Under the pieces are notes generated by a model. That model worked only from the letters and a program-made list of their open reading frames with translations, did not search any database and had not been told where the DNA came from. DNA of 64,000 bases from Herminiimonas sp. (GTDB taxonomy: Bacteria > Pseudomonadota > Gammaproteobacteria > Burkholderiales > Burkholderiaceae_D): contig JAYUMU010000175.1 in assembly GCA_043762325.1 (NCBI GenBank), positions 37,083 through 101,082 of the forward strand, in the 5' to 3' direction. Made by a program: the position numbers and the translations under genes. The number at the start of each line of letters is the position of its first letter. Position 1 is the stretch's first letter. This document shows positions 15,641 through 28,119 of this stretch, in pieces.

Positions 15641-15649
15641 GATTAATCC

Positions 15650-17254
15650 ATGCGATCCGTACACCGTGCTGCCCTTTTCCTCCTGCTTTCATTTCACGCC
15701 GTCGCTGCCTTCGCGGCAATCGACGGCGCCCTCCTGAAACCGCTTGCCGGCGACGATGCCGATGCCCGCATCGACGCGGTCGGCCGCATTGCATTGCTGG
15801 CCAATGCCGATGCACTGCGCCTGCTCAATGCGCTGAAGAACGACGCCGTATTGGCCACGCCGGCCGGCAAACTTTTCATTGTCGAAGGCGACGCCGCTTT
15901 CGATCCGCAGACCGGCAACAAGAGCGCCCTGCCCGCCGACAGCGAGGCGATCACCGTCAACAACCGGCTGCGCAGTGCCGTCGACGATGCCTTGTCCGGC
16001 CTCAAGCTGCTCTCGGCTGACCCGGTCGAGCGCCGCGCCGCCGCAGTCGCGCTGCAAAAAACCGCGACACCGGCACAAGCGCCGCTGATCGCCGCCGCCC
16101 TGAAAAAGGAAACCGATCCTGGCATCAAGGCGCTGCTCGAACTGGTGTCGGCCACCGCCAACCTGCAGTCGCCCGACGCCGCAGTGCGCAAGACTGCCGT
16201 CATTGCGCTGACCGGCAGCACCAATGCCAACCTGAAGCCGATCCTGCAGAAAATGCTGTCGAAGAATCCCGACGGCAGCAACGTCGAACCCGATGAAGCG
16301 GTGCGCGTCGAAGCGGTGCACACGCTGCAGGCATTGAATGGCCGCCTGGCGCGCACCGAATTTGTCGGCAACCTGTTCTACGGCATCTCGCTTGGCAGCG
16401 TGCTGCTGCTGACCGCGCTGGGACTCGCGATCACTTTCGGCCTGATGGGCATCATCAACATGGCGCATGGCGAACTGCTGATGATCGGCGCCTACACCAC
16501 CTATGTCTGCCAGCTCCTGTTTCGAAAATTCCTGCCGGGCGCACTCGACGCCTACCTGATCGTCGCCCTGCCCGCTGCTTTTCTGGTCGCCGGCGGCATC
16601 GGCGTGATCCTCGAGCGCACCGTCATCCGCTGGCTGTATGGCCGCCCGCTCGAAACCCTGCTGGCGACCTGGGGCATCAGCCTGATGCTGATGCAACTGG
16701 TGCGCACCATCTTCGGCGCGCAGAACGTCGAAGTGGCGAACCCGAGCTGGATGTCGGGCGGCGTCACCATGCTCGGCACGCTGGTGCTGTCGTACAACCG
16801 GATCGTGATCATCTTCTTCGCGCTCTTCGTGGTCGCAGCCGTCTGGCTGATCCTGAACCGCACCCGGCTGGGCCTGTTCGTGCGCGCCGTGATGCAGAAC
16901 CGCCGCATGGCGGACTGCGTCGGTGTTGCCACCGACCGGGTCGACATGCTGACCTTCGGCCTCGGCTGCGGCATTGCGGGTCTGGGCGGCGTAGCACTCT
17001 CGCAGCTGGGCAATGTCGGACCGGACCTGGGACAAAGCTACATCGTCGATTCCTTCATGGTGGTGGTGCTGGGCGGCGTCGGCCAGCTGGCCGGTACCGT
17101 GATTGCCGCCATCGGCCTGGGCGAAGTCAACAAGTTCCTCGAACCGGTCGCCGGCGCCGTGCTGGCAAAGATCGCGATCCTGGTATTCATCATCATCTTC
17201 ATCCAGAAGCGTCCGCAGGGACTGTTTGCGATGAAGGGCAGGAGCGCGGAATGA
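15650..17254 (+). CDS. urtB: Urea ABC transporter permease with about 235-aa N-terminal extra domain
   Basis: ORF 15650..17254. The C-terminal about 300 aa form a LivH-type permease (INMAHGELLMIGAYTTYV...). The N-terminus has a signal peptide plus three HEAT-like repeats (DPVERRAAAVALQK, DAAVRKTAVIALTG, DEAVRVEAVHTLQA). Confidence 0.9.
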   Translation: MRSVHRAALFLLLSFHAVAAFAAIDGALLKPLAGDDADARIDAVGRIALLANADALRLLNALKNDAVLATPAGKLFIVEGDAAFDPQTGNKSALPADSEAITVNNRLRSAVDDALSGLKLLSADPVERRAAAVALQKTATPAQAPLIAAALKKETDPGIKALLELVSATANLQSPDAAVRKTAVIALTGSTNANLKPILQKMLSKNPDGSNVEPDEAVRVEAVHTLQALNGRLARTEFVGNLFYGISLGSVLLLTALGLAITFGLMGIINMAHGELLMIGAYTTYVCQLLFRKFLPGALDAYLIVALPAAFLVAGGIGVILERTVIRWLYGRPLETLLATWGISLMLMQLVRTIFGAQNVEVANPSWMSGGVTMLGTLVLSYNRIVIIFFALFVVAAVWLILNRTRLGLFVRAVMQNRRMADCVGVATDRVDMLTFGLGCGIAGLGGVALSQLGNVGPDLGQSYIVDSFMVVVLGGVGQLAGTVIAAIGLGEVNKFLEPVAGAVLAKIAILVFIIIFIQKRPQGLFAMKGRSAE

Positions 17255-18332
17255 GCGCGCGCCTGTTCTCCCGACCGACCTGGATCGGCATCGCCGTCTG
17301 CACCCTGCTGCTGGCGTCGCTGCCGCTGCTGAACCTGGCCACGCCCCCCGGCCACCTGCTGCACGTGGCGCCGTACACGATCGCGCTGATCGGCAAGTTC
17401 ATGTGCTACGCGCTGGCCGCGCTGGCGCTGGACCTGGTGTGGGGTTACACCGGCATCCTGTCGCTGGGCCATGGCGTCTTTTTTGCGCTGGGCGGCTACG
17501 CGCACGGCATGTACCTGATGCGCGCCATCGGCCGTGACGGCGTCTATCAGAGCAACCTGCCGGACTTCATGGTCTTCCTCGACTGGAAGACCTATCCCTG
17601 GTACTGGTCGCTGACCGACAATTTCTGGTACTGCATGGCGCTGGTGGTGCTGGTGCCGGGCGTGCTGGCCTTCGTCTTCGGCTACTTCGCCTTCCGCTCG
17701 CGCATCAAGGGCGTGTATTTCTCGATCATCACGCAGGCGATGACGTTTGCCTTCATGCTGCTGTTCTTTCGCAACGACACCGGCTTTGGCGGCAACAATG
17801 GCTTTACCGATTTCAAGCGCATCCTCGGCCATGCGATCACGGCGCCGTCGACCCGGGCGGTGCTGTACCTGCTCACGCTTGCCCTGCTGCTGACGGCGCT
17901 GGTCGGCTGCCGCTGGATCGTCACCTCCAAGCTCGGCCGCGTGCTGCAGGCGGTGCGCGACGCCGAATCGCGCCTGATGTTCATCGGCTACAACCCGCTC
18001 TGGTTCAAGCTGTTCGTCTGGACGCTCTCGGCGGTACTGTGCGGCATTGCCGGCGCACTTTACGTGCCGCAGGTCGGCATCATCAATCCGTCCGAAATGT
18101 CGCCGGGCAATTCGATCGAGATCGTGATCTGGGCGGCGGTGGGCGGACGCGGTTCGCTGATCGGCCCGATCATCGGCGCCTTTTCCGTCAATGGCTTGAA
18201 GAGCTGGTTCACCGGCGCCTTTCCGGAGCTGTGGCTGTTTGCACTCGGCCTGCTGTTCATCCTGGTGACGCTGTTCATGCCCGACGGCGTGCTCGGCCTG
18301 GCAAAAAAACTGGCAGCCAGAAAGAGGTCGGC

Positions 18333-18336
<4 letters not shown>
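17251..18336 (+). CDS. urtC: Urea ABC transporter permease
   Basis: ORF 17251..18336, with an ATGA overlap with urtB. It is a LivM-type permease (GYTGILSLGHGVFFALGGYAHGMYLM). Confidence 0.9.
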
Positions 18337-19177
<841 letters not shown>

Positions 19178-19181
<4 letters not shown>

Positions 19182-19879
19182 CGATGCTGCTTTCCGCCAC
19201 TTCCCTGAACCAGTATTACGGCGCCGCCCATACGCTGCGCGGCGTCTCGCTGGAAGTCGACCGCGGCGAATGCCTGGCGCTGCTGGGCCGCAATGGCGTC
19301 GGCAAGACCACGCTGTTGAAATGCCTGATGGGCGTGCTGCCGGTGGCCGGCGGCCAGGTGCTGTTCGACGGCCGCGACATCACGAAACTGAAACCGCATC
19401 AGCGTGCCGCTGCCGGCATCGCTTATGTTCCGCAGGGGCGCGAAATCTTTGCGCGCCTCTCGGTCGAGGAAAATCTGCTGATGGGCATGGCGGTCGGCTC
19501 CGGCAAGAAGGGCATCAATCCGGAAGTCTTCGAGCTGTTCCCGGTTTTGAAACAGATGCTGCAGCGGCGCGGCGGCGACCTCTCCGGCGGCCAGCAGCAG
19601 CAACTGGCGATTGCCCGCGCCCTGCTGGCCGAGCCGCGCCTGATCATCTTCGACGAACCGACCGAGGGCATCCAGCCGTCTATCATCAAGGATATCGAGC
19701 GGGTGATCCGCCTGCTGCGCCAGCGTGGCGACATGGCGATCCTGCTGTGCGAGCAGTATTTCGATTTCGCGCATGCGCTGGCGGACCGCTTCATCGTGCT
19801 CTCGCGCGGCGAAGTGGTGGCAGCCGGCAGCCAGGCAGAGATGGGCAGCGAGGACGTCAAGCGGCACCTGGCGGTATAG
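19178..19879 (+). CDS. urtE: Urea ABC transporter ATP-binding protein
   Basis: ORF 19178..19879. The start is either GTG 19178, overlapping the urtD stop, or ATG 19184. Walker A GRNGVGKTT, signature LSGGQQQQLAIA, Walker B IIFDEP. Confidence 0.9.
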
Positions 19880-19886
19880 TCGGCGC

Positions 19887-20825
19887 ATGAAAAATCCAGT
19901 TGCGGCAGAAGTCGCGGTGCCGCCGATCGATGCTGACGCAGCGCGCCCCGCACCACCGGCCGTGGTCATCGCATTGCCTGTCGTGCAGCCGTCGCATCCG
20001 CCGAGCGAAGCCGAACTCACGCTGGGCTTTGCCCGCGACGGCGCCACCACGCGCCTGGTCGAACGCACGCATGTCGGCCCGCTGCGGGTGCAGAAGGCGC
20101 TTTATCCCGAGGGGCCCGCGCTGTGTCACGCGGTCATCGTCCATCCGCCGGGCGGCGTCGTCGGCGGCGACTGCATGCGCATCGTCGCGCGCGTCGAGGC
20201 GCAGGCGCGGGCGCTGCTGACCACACCGGGCGCGGCAAAATGGTACCGCGCCAACGGCCGCCGCTCGCAGCAGTCGGTGCGCCTGCAGGTCGAGGCCGGC
20301 GCCAGCCTGGAATGGCTGCCGCAGGAAACCATCTTCTTCAATGGCGCCGACGTGCGCCTCGACCATGCGGTGACGCTGGCCGATGACGCCGCCTACATCG
20401 GCAGCGAGATACTCTGCTTCGGTCGCACGGCCGCCGGCGAATCCTTCGACGCCGGCCAGATTTCCCAGCGCACGACGATCCGGCGCGGCGCGCATCTGCT
20501 ATGGTTCGAGCAGGGCGTGATCGCGGCCGGCACGCCGGCGATGCAGGGCGCGCTCGGGCTGGCCGGCAACACCGTCTGCGCCACCCTGATTGCGGTCGGC
20601 AACGGCATGACGCCGGCACTGGTGGACGCCCTGCGTGCCAGTGCGGCCGCACTGCCTGCCGGCGCAGGCGCCTTCGGCGTCTCGCTCATGAAAACCGTGC
20701 TGGTGGCGCGCTACCTCGGCAATTCGAGCGCGGAAGCAAAACGCCTGCTCGCCGTTGCCTGGGCCGGCGTGCGCCCGCTGCTGGTGGCACGCGAAGCTGC
20801 CATACCGCGCATCTGGAATACCTGA
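19887..20825 (+). CDS. ureD: Urease accessory protein UreD
   Basis: Start at ATG 19887 within ORF 19725..20825. [13 protein letters not shown]...[15 protein letters not shown]...[11 protein letters not shown] is the UreD/UreH signature. Confidence 0.9.
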   Translation: MKNPVAAEVAVPPIDADAARPAPPAVVIALPVVQPSHPPSEAELTLGFARDGATTRLVERTHVGPLRVQKALYPEGPALCHAVIVHPPGGVVGGDCMRIVARVEAQARALLTTPGAAKWYRANGRRSQQSVRLQVEAGASLEWLPQETIFFNGADVRLDHAVTLADDAAYIGSEILCFGRTAAGESFDAGQISQRTTIRRGAHLLWFEQGVIAAGTPAMQGALGLAGNTVCATLIAVGNGMTPALVDALRASAAALPAGAGAFGVSLMKTVLVARYLGNSSAEAKRLLAVAWAGVRPLLVAREAAIPRIWNT

Positions 20826-20853
20826 TGCACTCTCATTTTCAAGGACCGAACGC

Positions 20854-21156
20854 ATGGATCTGACGCCGCGTGAAAAAGACAAGCTCCTCATCTTCACCGC
20901 CGCACTGCTGGCCGAACGCCGGCGCGCGCGCGGCCTGAAGCTGAACTATCCGGAAGCGGTGGCCTTCATCAGCGCGGCCATCATGGAAGGCGCACGCGAC
21001 GGCCGCACGGTGGCGCAGCTGATGTCGGATGGCACGAAAATTCTTTCCCGCGCCGACGTCATGGAGGGCATCGCCGAAATGATCCCCGACATACAGATCG
21101 AAGCGACCTTCCTGGACGGCACCAAGCTCGTCACCGTCCATCATCCGATTCCCTGA
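20854..21156 (+). CDS. ureA: Urease gamma subunit
   Basis: 100 aa: [57 protein letters not shown]. This is near-canonical UreA. Confidence 0.95.
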   Translation: MDLTPREKDKLLIFTAALLAERRRARGLKLNYPEAVAFISAAIMEGARDGRTVAQLMSDGTKILSRADVMEGIAEMIPDIQIEATFLDGTKLVTVHHPIP

Positions 21157-21170
21157 GCAGCGAGATAAAA

Positions 21171-21505
21171 ATGATTCCAGGCGAAATGCTGATCGAGCCG
21201 GGCGAGATCGAAATGAATGCCGGACGCGCAACCGCCTGCGCGACGGTTGCCAACAGCGGCGACCGGCCGATCCAGGTCGGCTCCCATTTTCATTTTTTTG
21301 AGGTCAATCCGGCGCTGCGCTTCGACCGGGCGGCGGCCTACGGCATGCGGCTCGACATTGCCGCCGGCACCGCCGTGCGCTTCGAGCCGGGGCAGGAACG
21401 CAGCGTGACGCTGGTGGCGCTCGCCGGCGACCGGATCGTGTACGGCTTCAACGGTGCGGTGATGGGGCCGCTGGACAAACCGCCGCAGGCAGCCGGAGAA
21501 AAGCC

Positions 21506-21509
<4 letters not shown>
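21171..21509 (+). CDS. ureB: Urease beta subunit
   Basis: [19 protein letters not shown]...[25 protein letters not shown] is canonical UreB. Confidence 0.95.
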
Positions 21510-23254
<1,745 letters not shown>

Positions 23255-23277
23255 GACCGTTTGAAAACGAGCTGCCG

Positions 23278-23823
23278 ATGCTGACACTGAATACCAAAAT
23301 TGCGAGCGCCGCATCGATCGACGGCGAACTGCTGCTGCCCTTCGCCCTGCGCGAAAAAAGCCGCCAGCGCGCCCGCCTGCGCTCGGGCGAGGAAGTCGCC
23401 GTCTTCACGGTTCGCGGCACCGTGCTGCGCCACGGCGACCTGATCGAGGGCAGCGAGGAAGACGGCAGCCGGCGCGTCATCCGCATCGTCGCCGCCGAGG
23501 AAGACACCTCGTGCATCCGCTGCGGCTCCAGTGAGGCGCTATTGCGCTGCGCCTTCCATCTCGGCAATCGCCACACCCAGGCGCAGGTCGGCAGCGACGC
23601 CGCCGGCGCCTTCCTGCGCATCCGGCGCGACCCGGTCCTGGCCGACATGCTGACCGGACTGGGCGCGTCCGTCACCGATGAAACGGCGCCCTTCGAGCCC
23701 GAGTCCGGCGCCTACGGCGGCGGCCATCATGCGCATGGCGACGGTCACGGTCATGGCGGCACGCTGCTGGCGCCGGTGCCGCTGCGCCAGAAGATCCACC
23801 GGCCCTCCGACCCGGCGGCATAG
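23278..23823 (+). CDS. ureE: Urease accessory protein UreE
   Basis: Start at ATG 23278 within ORF 23203..23823. AFHLGNRHTQAQV core and a His-rich tail GGGHHAHGDGHGHGG. Confidence 0.9.
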   Translation: MLTLNTKIASAASIDGELLLPFALREKSRQRARLRSGEEVAVFTVRGTVLRHGDLIEGSEEDGSRRVIRIVAAEEDTSCIRCGSSEALLRCAFHLGNRHTQAQVGSDAAGAFLRIRRDPVLADMLTGLGASVTDETAPFEPESGAYGGGHHAHGDGHGHGGTLLAPVPLRQKIHRPSDPAA

Positions 23824-23827
23824 GCCG

Positions 23828-24520
23828 ATGCGCATACCGGCCAGCCCCGCCGCTCTGCTGCACCTGCTGCAACTGGCCAGCCCGTCGCTGCCGATCGGCG
23901 GCTACAGCTATTCGCAGGGCCTGGAGGCGGCGATGGAAAAGGGCCTGGTGCGCGATGAAGCAAGCGCCCGTGAATGGCTGGTGGCGACGCTGCAGGAAGT
24001 GGTGGTCCGCTTCGACGCGCCGCTCCTGTGGCGCCTGCTGCAAGCCTGGTCGATCTGCGACAGCGACGCCATCGACCACTGGACGGCAGTGGCGCTGGCC
24101 GGGCGCGACACGGCGGAGTTTCGCGCCGAGACGGTACAGATGGGCTATTCGCTGGCACGCCTGACGACCGACCTCGGCATTGCCGACGCAAGGCGGCAAG
24201 CGATCCTGTCGGCGCTGCCGGAGGTGCCGCTGCACTGCGCGCTGGCCTGCGCAGCCGTGGCGCTCGGCATTCCGAACGAGGCTGCATTGCTGGGCATGCT
24301 GTTTTCCTGGGCAGAAAACCAGGTCCTGGTCTGCGTGAAATCAGTGCCGCTCGGCCAGGTCGCAGGCCAGCGCCTGCTGCTGTCGCTCCATCCCGCATTG
24401 GGAGCCGCAGCACTGACGGCTACAACCTTAGAGGACGACAACCTGGGCAACTGGACGCCTGGCCTGTCCCTGCTGTCGATACAACATGAAACCCAGTACA
24501 GCCGCCTGTACCGATCGTGA
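23828..24520 (+). CDS. ureF: Urease accessory protein UreF
   Basis: Start at ATG 23828 within ORF 23678..24520. [21 protein letters not shown] and the C-terminal [11 protein letters not shown] are UreF signatures. Confidence 0.9.
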   Translation: MRIPASPAALLHLLQLASPSLPIGGYSYSQGLEAAMEKGLVRDEASAREWLVATLQEVVVRFDAPLLWRLLQAWSICDSDAIDHWTAVALAGRDTAEFRAETVQMGYSLARLTTDLGIADARRQAILSALPEVPLHCALACAAVALGIPNEAALLGMLFSWAENQVLVCVKSVPLGQVAGQRLLLSLHPALGAAALTATTLEDDNLGNWTPGLSLLSIQHETQYSRLYRS

Positions 24521-24761
24521 AACGCAAAACCAGAACCGACAAAGGCATTCGGACGCCAATTCCGACCGACGGCGCACAGACCGCCGCATCCCAGGATCCA
24601 GCCGGACGATCAACCACAACCGAAAAAGGCATCGGTGTCAGCGTCATTTTTCGCAACGCCCCACCGCGAAATGTGACGCTGACCCCGATCCCGGCCCACG
24701 GAACACGGACCGCCGTATCCGCAACGCACCGACAAACATCGCAACAGAAAGCCCCGAAACC
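24521..24761. repeat. Unusually long ureF-ureG spacer: degenerate direct duplication interrupted by a REP-like hairpin
   Basis: Copy A 24534-24591 (aaccgacaaaggcattcgg...acagaccgccgcatcc). Copy B 24618-24720 (aaccgaaaaaggcatcgg...acggaccgccgtatcc). Copy B carries an extra about 45 bp forming the hairpin GTCAGCGTCAtttttcgc (24637-24654) / gcgaaatgTGACGCTGAC (24666-24683). The 13-nt core CGCTGACCCCGAT (24677-24689) is identical to 15555-15567. Confidence 0.65.
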
Positions 24762-25430
24762 ATGAACCAGCCCGCCTGCGCAACGCTCCCCCCACCCAAC
24801 CCCCTGCGCGTGGGCATCGGCGGCCCGGTCGGCTCCGGCAAGACCGCCCTGTGCGAACTGCTCTGCAAGGGCATGCGCGACACTTATGAGATGGCGGTGA
24901 TCACCAACGACATCTACACCCGCGAAGACATGGAGATCCTGCTGCGCGCCGACGCCCTGCCGGCCGCCCGCCTGATGGGCGTGGAAACCGGCGGCTGTCC
25001 GCACACGGCGATCCGCGAAGACGCCTCGATCAACCTCGAAGCGATCGCCCGGATGAGCGCGGACTTCCCGCAACTCGACCTGATCCTCATCGAGTCCGGC
25101 GGCGACAACCTGGCGGCCACCTTCAGCCCCGAACTGTCCGACCTGACGCTGTATGTCATAGATGTGGCCGGCGGCGAAAAGATACCGCGCAAGGGCGGCC
25201 CCGGCATCACCCGCTCGGACCTGCTGATCATCAACAAGACCGACCTTGCGCCCTATGTGGGCGCCAACCTGGACGTGATGGCAGCCGACGCAAAACGCAT
25301 GCGCGGCGAGCGGCCGTTTTTGTTCACCAACCTGCGCAGCGGCGATGGCGTGGCGCAGGTGATCGACTTCATCCGCCGCGAAGGCCTGCTCGACCATGTC
25401 AATCCGCGCGGCGGCAGCAAACCCGCCTGA
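24762..25430 (+). CDS. ureG: Urease accessory GTPase UreG
   Basis: Start at ATG 24762 within ORF 24486..25430. P-loop [11 protein letters not shown], then [37 protein letters not shown]. Confidence 0.95.
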   Translation: MNQPACATLPPPNPLRVGIGGPVGSGKTALCELLCKGMRDTYEMAVITNDIYTREDMEILLRADALPAARLMGVETGGCPHTAIREDASINLEAIARMSADFPQLDLILIESGGDNLAATFSPELSDLTLYVIDVAGGEKIPRKGGPGITRSDLLIINKTDLAPYVGANLDVMAADAKRMRGERPFLFTNLRSGDGVAQVIDFIRREGLLDHVNPRGGSKPA

Positions 25431-25437
25431 GGCCGCA

Positions 25438-26238
25438 CTACAGATCGGTGTATTCCGCACCCATCGCATCGAGTTCGGCCAGCAGCCGCGCAAAACCGGC
25501 CTTGGCCTGCTCCGGCTCGCCCTTGACGCCCAGCTCGATGTGCCGGCGCGTTGTGGCGTCGCCGACGCTGGGCAGGCTGAATACCTTGGCCTGCGGGTAA
25601 GCCGCCTCGATGCGCTCCATCAGCGGCGTTAAGGTCGATTCGGCAATTTCGTAGACCAGCACCGATTGCTCGAACCAGGCGGTCTGGTGAAACAGGTGCG
25701 CATGGCGGCTCTCCAGCACCGCCTCGATCATTGGCCAGGCCATCACCGGAAAACCCGGCACGAAATGCAGCATGCCGCCGCCCGCGCCCTTGATGGAAAA
25801 ACCGGGAATCCTGTTATAGGGATTGTCGATGATCTCTGCGCCTTCGGGAAATTCGCCCATTTTCAGCCGGTGCAGGTTGTCGGCGGTATCGAGATCGACG
25901 CTCTCGCCTTTTTCACGGGCGATTTCCTGCATGCGTTCGCGGATGCGCAGGCGGGCATCCGGATGCAGCACCACCGGCACGCCCAGCGCGGCAGCGGCGC
26001 ACTGGCGGGTATGGTCGTCGGGCGTGGCGCCGATGCCGCCGCAGGAAAAGACGATGTCGTCGGTGGCCAGCGCCTGGCGCAGCGCATTGGTGATGCGCGC
26101 CGGATCGTCGCCCAGGTAATTCACCCAGGCCAGTTGCAGGCCGCGTGCGGCGAAGATCTCCAGTACCTTGGCAAAATGCTTGTCCTCGCGTTTGCCGGAG
26201 AGGATCTCGTCGCCGATGATGATCAGACCGAATGCCAT
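25438..26238 (-). CDS. CinA N-terminal / MoCF-biosynthesis-domain protein (no PncC deamidase domain)
   Basis: C-terminal 266 aa of ORF 25438..27531, from ATG 26236-26238: MAFGLIIIGDEILSGKREDKHFAKVLEIFAARGLQL...FSCGGIGATPDDHTRQ. The start overlaps the end of the upstream EI24-like gene by 16 nt. Confidence 0.75.
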   Translation of the reverse strand: MAFGLIIIGDEILSGKREDKHFAKVLEIFAARGLQLAWVNYLGDDPARITNALRQALATDDIVFSCGGIGATPDDHTRQCAAAALGVPVVLHPDARLRIRERMQEIAREKGESVDLDTADNLHRLKMGEFPEGAEIIDNPYNRIPGFSIKGAGGGMLHFVPGFPVMAWPMIEAVLESRHAHLFHQTAWFEQSVLVYEIAESTLTPLMERIEAAYPQAKVFSLPSVGDATTRRHIELGVKGEPEQAKAGFARLLAELDAMGAEYTDL

Positions 26239-27095
26239 GTTTTGCCCGTGTTGTCGATGACGTTGGAAAAAGCCGGTGCCGGCCCGGCAGCGTTCGCCGC
26301 ATCGCCTGCGCGCTGCCGCGCCAGCGCGGCCAGGCAGTAGTGCTCGAACCAGAGACCGGTGAAGACGAACACCAGCACGTACAGCCAGATCGCACCGCCG
26401 GCCAGGATCGGAAAGAAGATCACCGACAGCGCGCCGCCAAGCCAGAGCAACGTCGGCGCCGCACCCATGGCGCCGGTGATGGCGCCGATGGCCAGCAGCG
26501 GCCAGCGGTGCCGGCGCATCAGGCGGCGCCATTCGTCGCGGTCGGCATGTTCGGCCAGCGCGTCGTAGGCCATGACCCGGTAGGTCAGCCAGCCCCACAG
26601 CGCCGGCTGGATCAGGAAAGTAAATGGCGGCACGACCGACAGCGGCAGCGTGACGATCCACAGAAACAGGAACACGATGAACGACCACAGCGAGATGCCC
26701 AGCGTGCCCCACAGGCTGCCGCCGCGGCGACGCTCCAGTTCCGGATAACGGCGGGTCGCGACATGGCCGATGATTGCCGGCATGGCCAGCGTGCCGACAA
26801 AAATGAGGGCCGTCAGAATCATCAGCGGCAGCAGCACCCACATTGCCAGCAGCGGCACGATCACGGTCTTGATGGCGCCCAGGCCCAGCCACGACAGCAC
26901 GCCGCCGGCGACCTGGAAGCCGTCGTGCTCCATGAAAAAGCCCTGCGTCCAGTCGATCAGCGGCTGCAGGCCGAGCCACAGCGCCACGCCCCACACCAGC
27001 ACCGAGAGGAAGAACGGCACCAGCGTCAAAAGCAGCATGCGCCCGTGCAGTTGCGACAGCACGGCCCGGAAAAAGGCGACGACGACGTCGCGCAT
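26223..27095 (-). CDS. EI24/CysZ-like integral membrane protein
   Basis: ORF 26223..27146, with the start placed at ATG 27093-27095 (MRDVVVAFFRAVLSQLHGRMLLLTLVPFF). This ATG shares one base with the upstream stop (TGATG). There are 6-8 hydrophobic helices. The family assignment is from memory of EI24-domain proteins. Confidence 0.65.
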   Translation of the reverse strand: MRDVVVAFFRAVLSQLHGRMLLLTLVPFFLSVLVWGVALWLGLQPLIDWTQGFFMEHDGFQVAGGVLSWLGLGAIKTVIVPLLAMWVLLPLMILTALIFVGTLAMPAIIGHVATRRYPELERRRGGSLWGTLGISLWSFIVFLFLWIVTLPLSVVPPFTFLIQPALWGWLTYRVMAYDALAEHADRDEWRRLMRRHRWPLLAIGAITGAMGAAPTLLWLGGALSVIFFPILAGGAIWLYVLVFVFTGLWFEHYCLAALARQRAGDAANAAGPAPAFSNVIDNTGKTWHSV

Positions 27096-28096
27096 CAGGC
27101 CGATGGCCTTCGGGCGAACTCGACCATGCGCTTGATGCCCAGCCATTGCTGCGACCAGAAACCGCGGCCGTAGTCGCGCGCGGCGCCATGCGGGCCGGCG
27201 AGCTGGTCGCGCACGCCGGTGGCCTCGAAGGTTCGGCTGAAATCTGCCGTGCGAAAGACGATGTCCCAGACCGGGAACAGCACGGCGAAGTTGTGGCCGC
27301 CGAGCGTGCCACGGCCGTTGGTCTCATGCCCGATGCCGATCGCATGATGCAGGCGATGAAAGCGCGGCGACACCAGCAGCCGCTCGCCGACCGCGCCGAA
27401 GTGCAGCCGCACGTTGGCATGCTGCAGGCTTTGCAGCATGCGCGAAGCCACCACGAGCAGGATGTACTGGCCGGGCTGGACACCGATTGCCAGCGCGATG
27501 CAGCCCATGTAGATGTCGCGCAAAAAATCATCCAGCAGATGATTGCGGTTGTCGCTCCACAGGTTCATGTTCTGCTGGCTGTGGTGCAGGCTGTGCAGGC
27601 CCCACCACCAGTGAAATTGATGAGTGGCGCGGTGATACCAGTAATCGAAGAAGTCCAGCACCACCAGGTAGATCAGGAAACCGCCGACCGGATGCAGCGC
27701 CGCATCCGGCCACAGGCTCTCCAGGTTGAAAGGCGGTATGCCTTCCATGTGCAGCAATGCCGTGACGTGGTCGAGTACCGGGTCGAGGATGAAGAAGATC
27801 AGCACCGTGAAGGCGCCGAGGCGGTGCAGCACCGTGTAGAGAAAATCGTTCCAGCGGGCGCGGGAGTCCGTGATCGCATGCACCGGCAGCAGTGCCTCGA
27901 GCGGGCGCAGGATCGCATACAGCAGCAGCAGCTCCAGCACGCCGATCATGAACCACTCGGTGCCGTTGAATGCCGCTTCGGCGAATTCGCCCAGGCCGAG
28001 CGCAAAGACCGCCGGCTGCACCAGCGTTTCGAACAGCCAGCCTTGCACCTGGGCGAACTGATCGGTCAGTGCGGCGATAATGGATGAAAAGGTCAT
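27095..28096 (-). CDS. Fatty acid hydroxylase / sterol desaturase-superfamily membrane di-iron enzyme
   Basis: ORF 27095..28246, with the start placed at ATG 28094-28096 (MTFSSIIAAL). Three His boxes are present: YWYHRATHQFHWWW, LHSLHHS, FHRLHHAIG. Confidence 0.85.
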   Translation of the reverse strand: MTFSSIIAALTDQFAQVQGWLFETLVQPAVFALGLGEFAEAAFNGTEWFMIGVLELLLLYAILRPLEALLPVHAITDSRARWNDFLYTVLHRLGAFTVLIFFILDPVLDHVTALLHMEGIPPFNLESLWPDAALHPVGGFLIYLVVLDFFDYWYHRATHQFHWWWGLHSLHHSQQNMNLWSDNRNHLLDDFLRDIYMGCIALAIGVQPGQYILLVVASRMLQSLQHANVRLHFGAVGERLLVSPRFHRLHHAIGIGHETNGRGTLGGHNFAVLFPVWDIVFRTADFSRTFEATGVRDQLAGPHGAARDYGRGFWSQQWLGIKRMVEFARRPSA

Positions 28097-28119
28097 GCGG
28101 TTGGATTCAGGTTGGCGTT

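Noticed and set aside
24486-24761. N-terminal 92-aa extension of UreG (ORF 24486..25430) and the 82-aa ORF 24517..24765 in the ureF-ureG spacer.
   Set aside because: Both are Arg/Thr/Pro/Asn-rich low complexity and run through a REP-type hairpin and a decayed duplication. Conserved UreG sequence begins only a few residues after ATG 24762.
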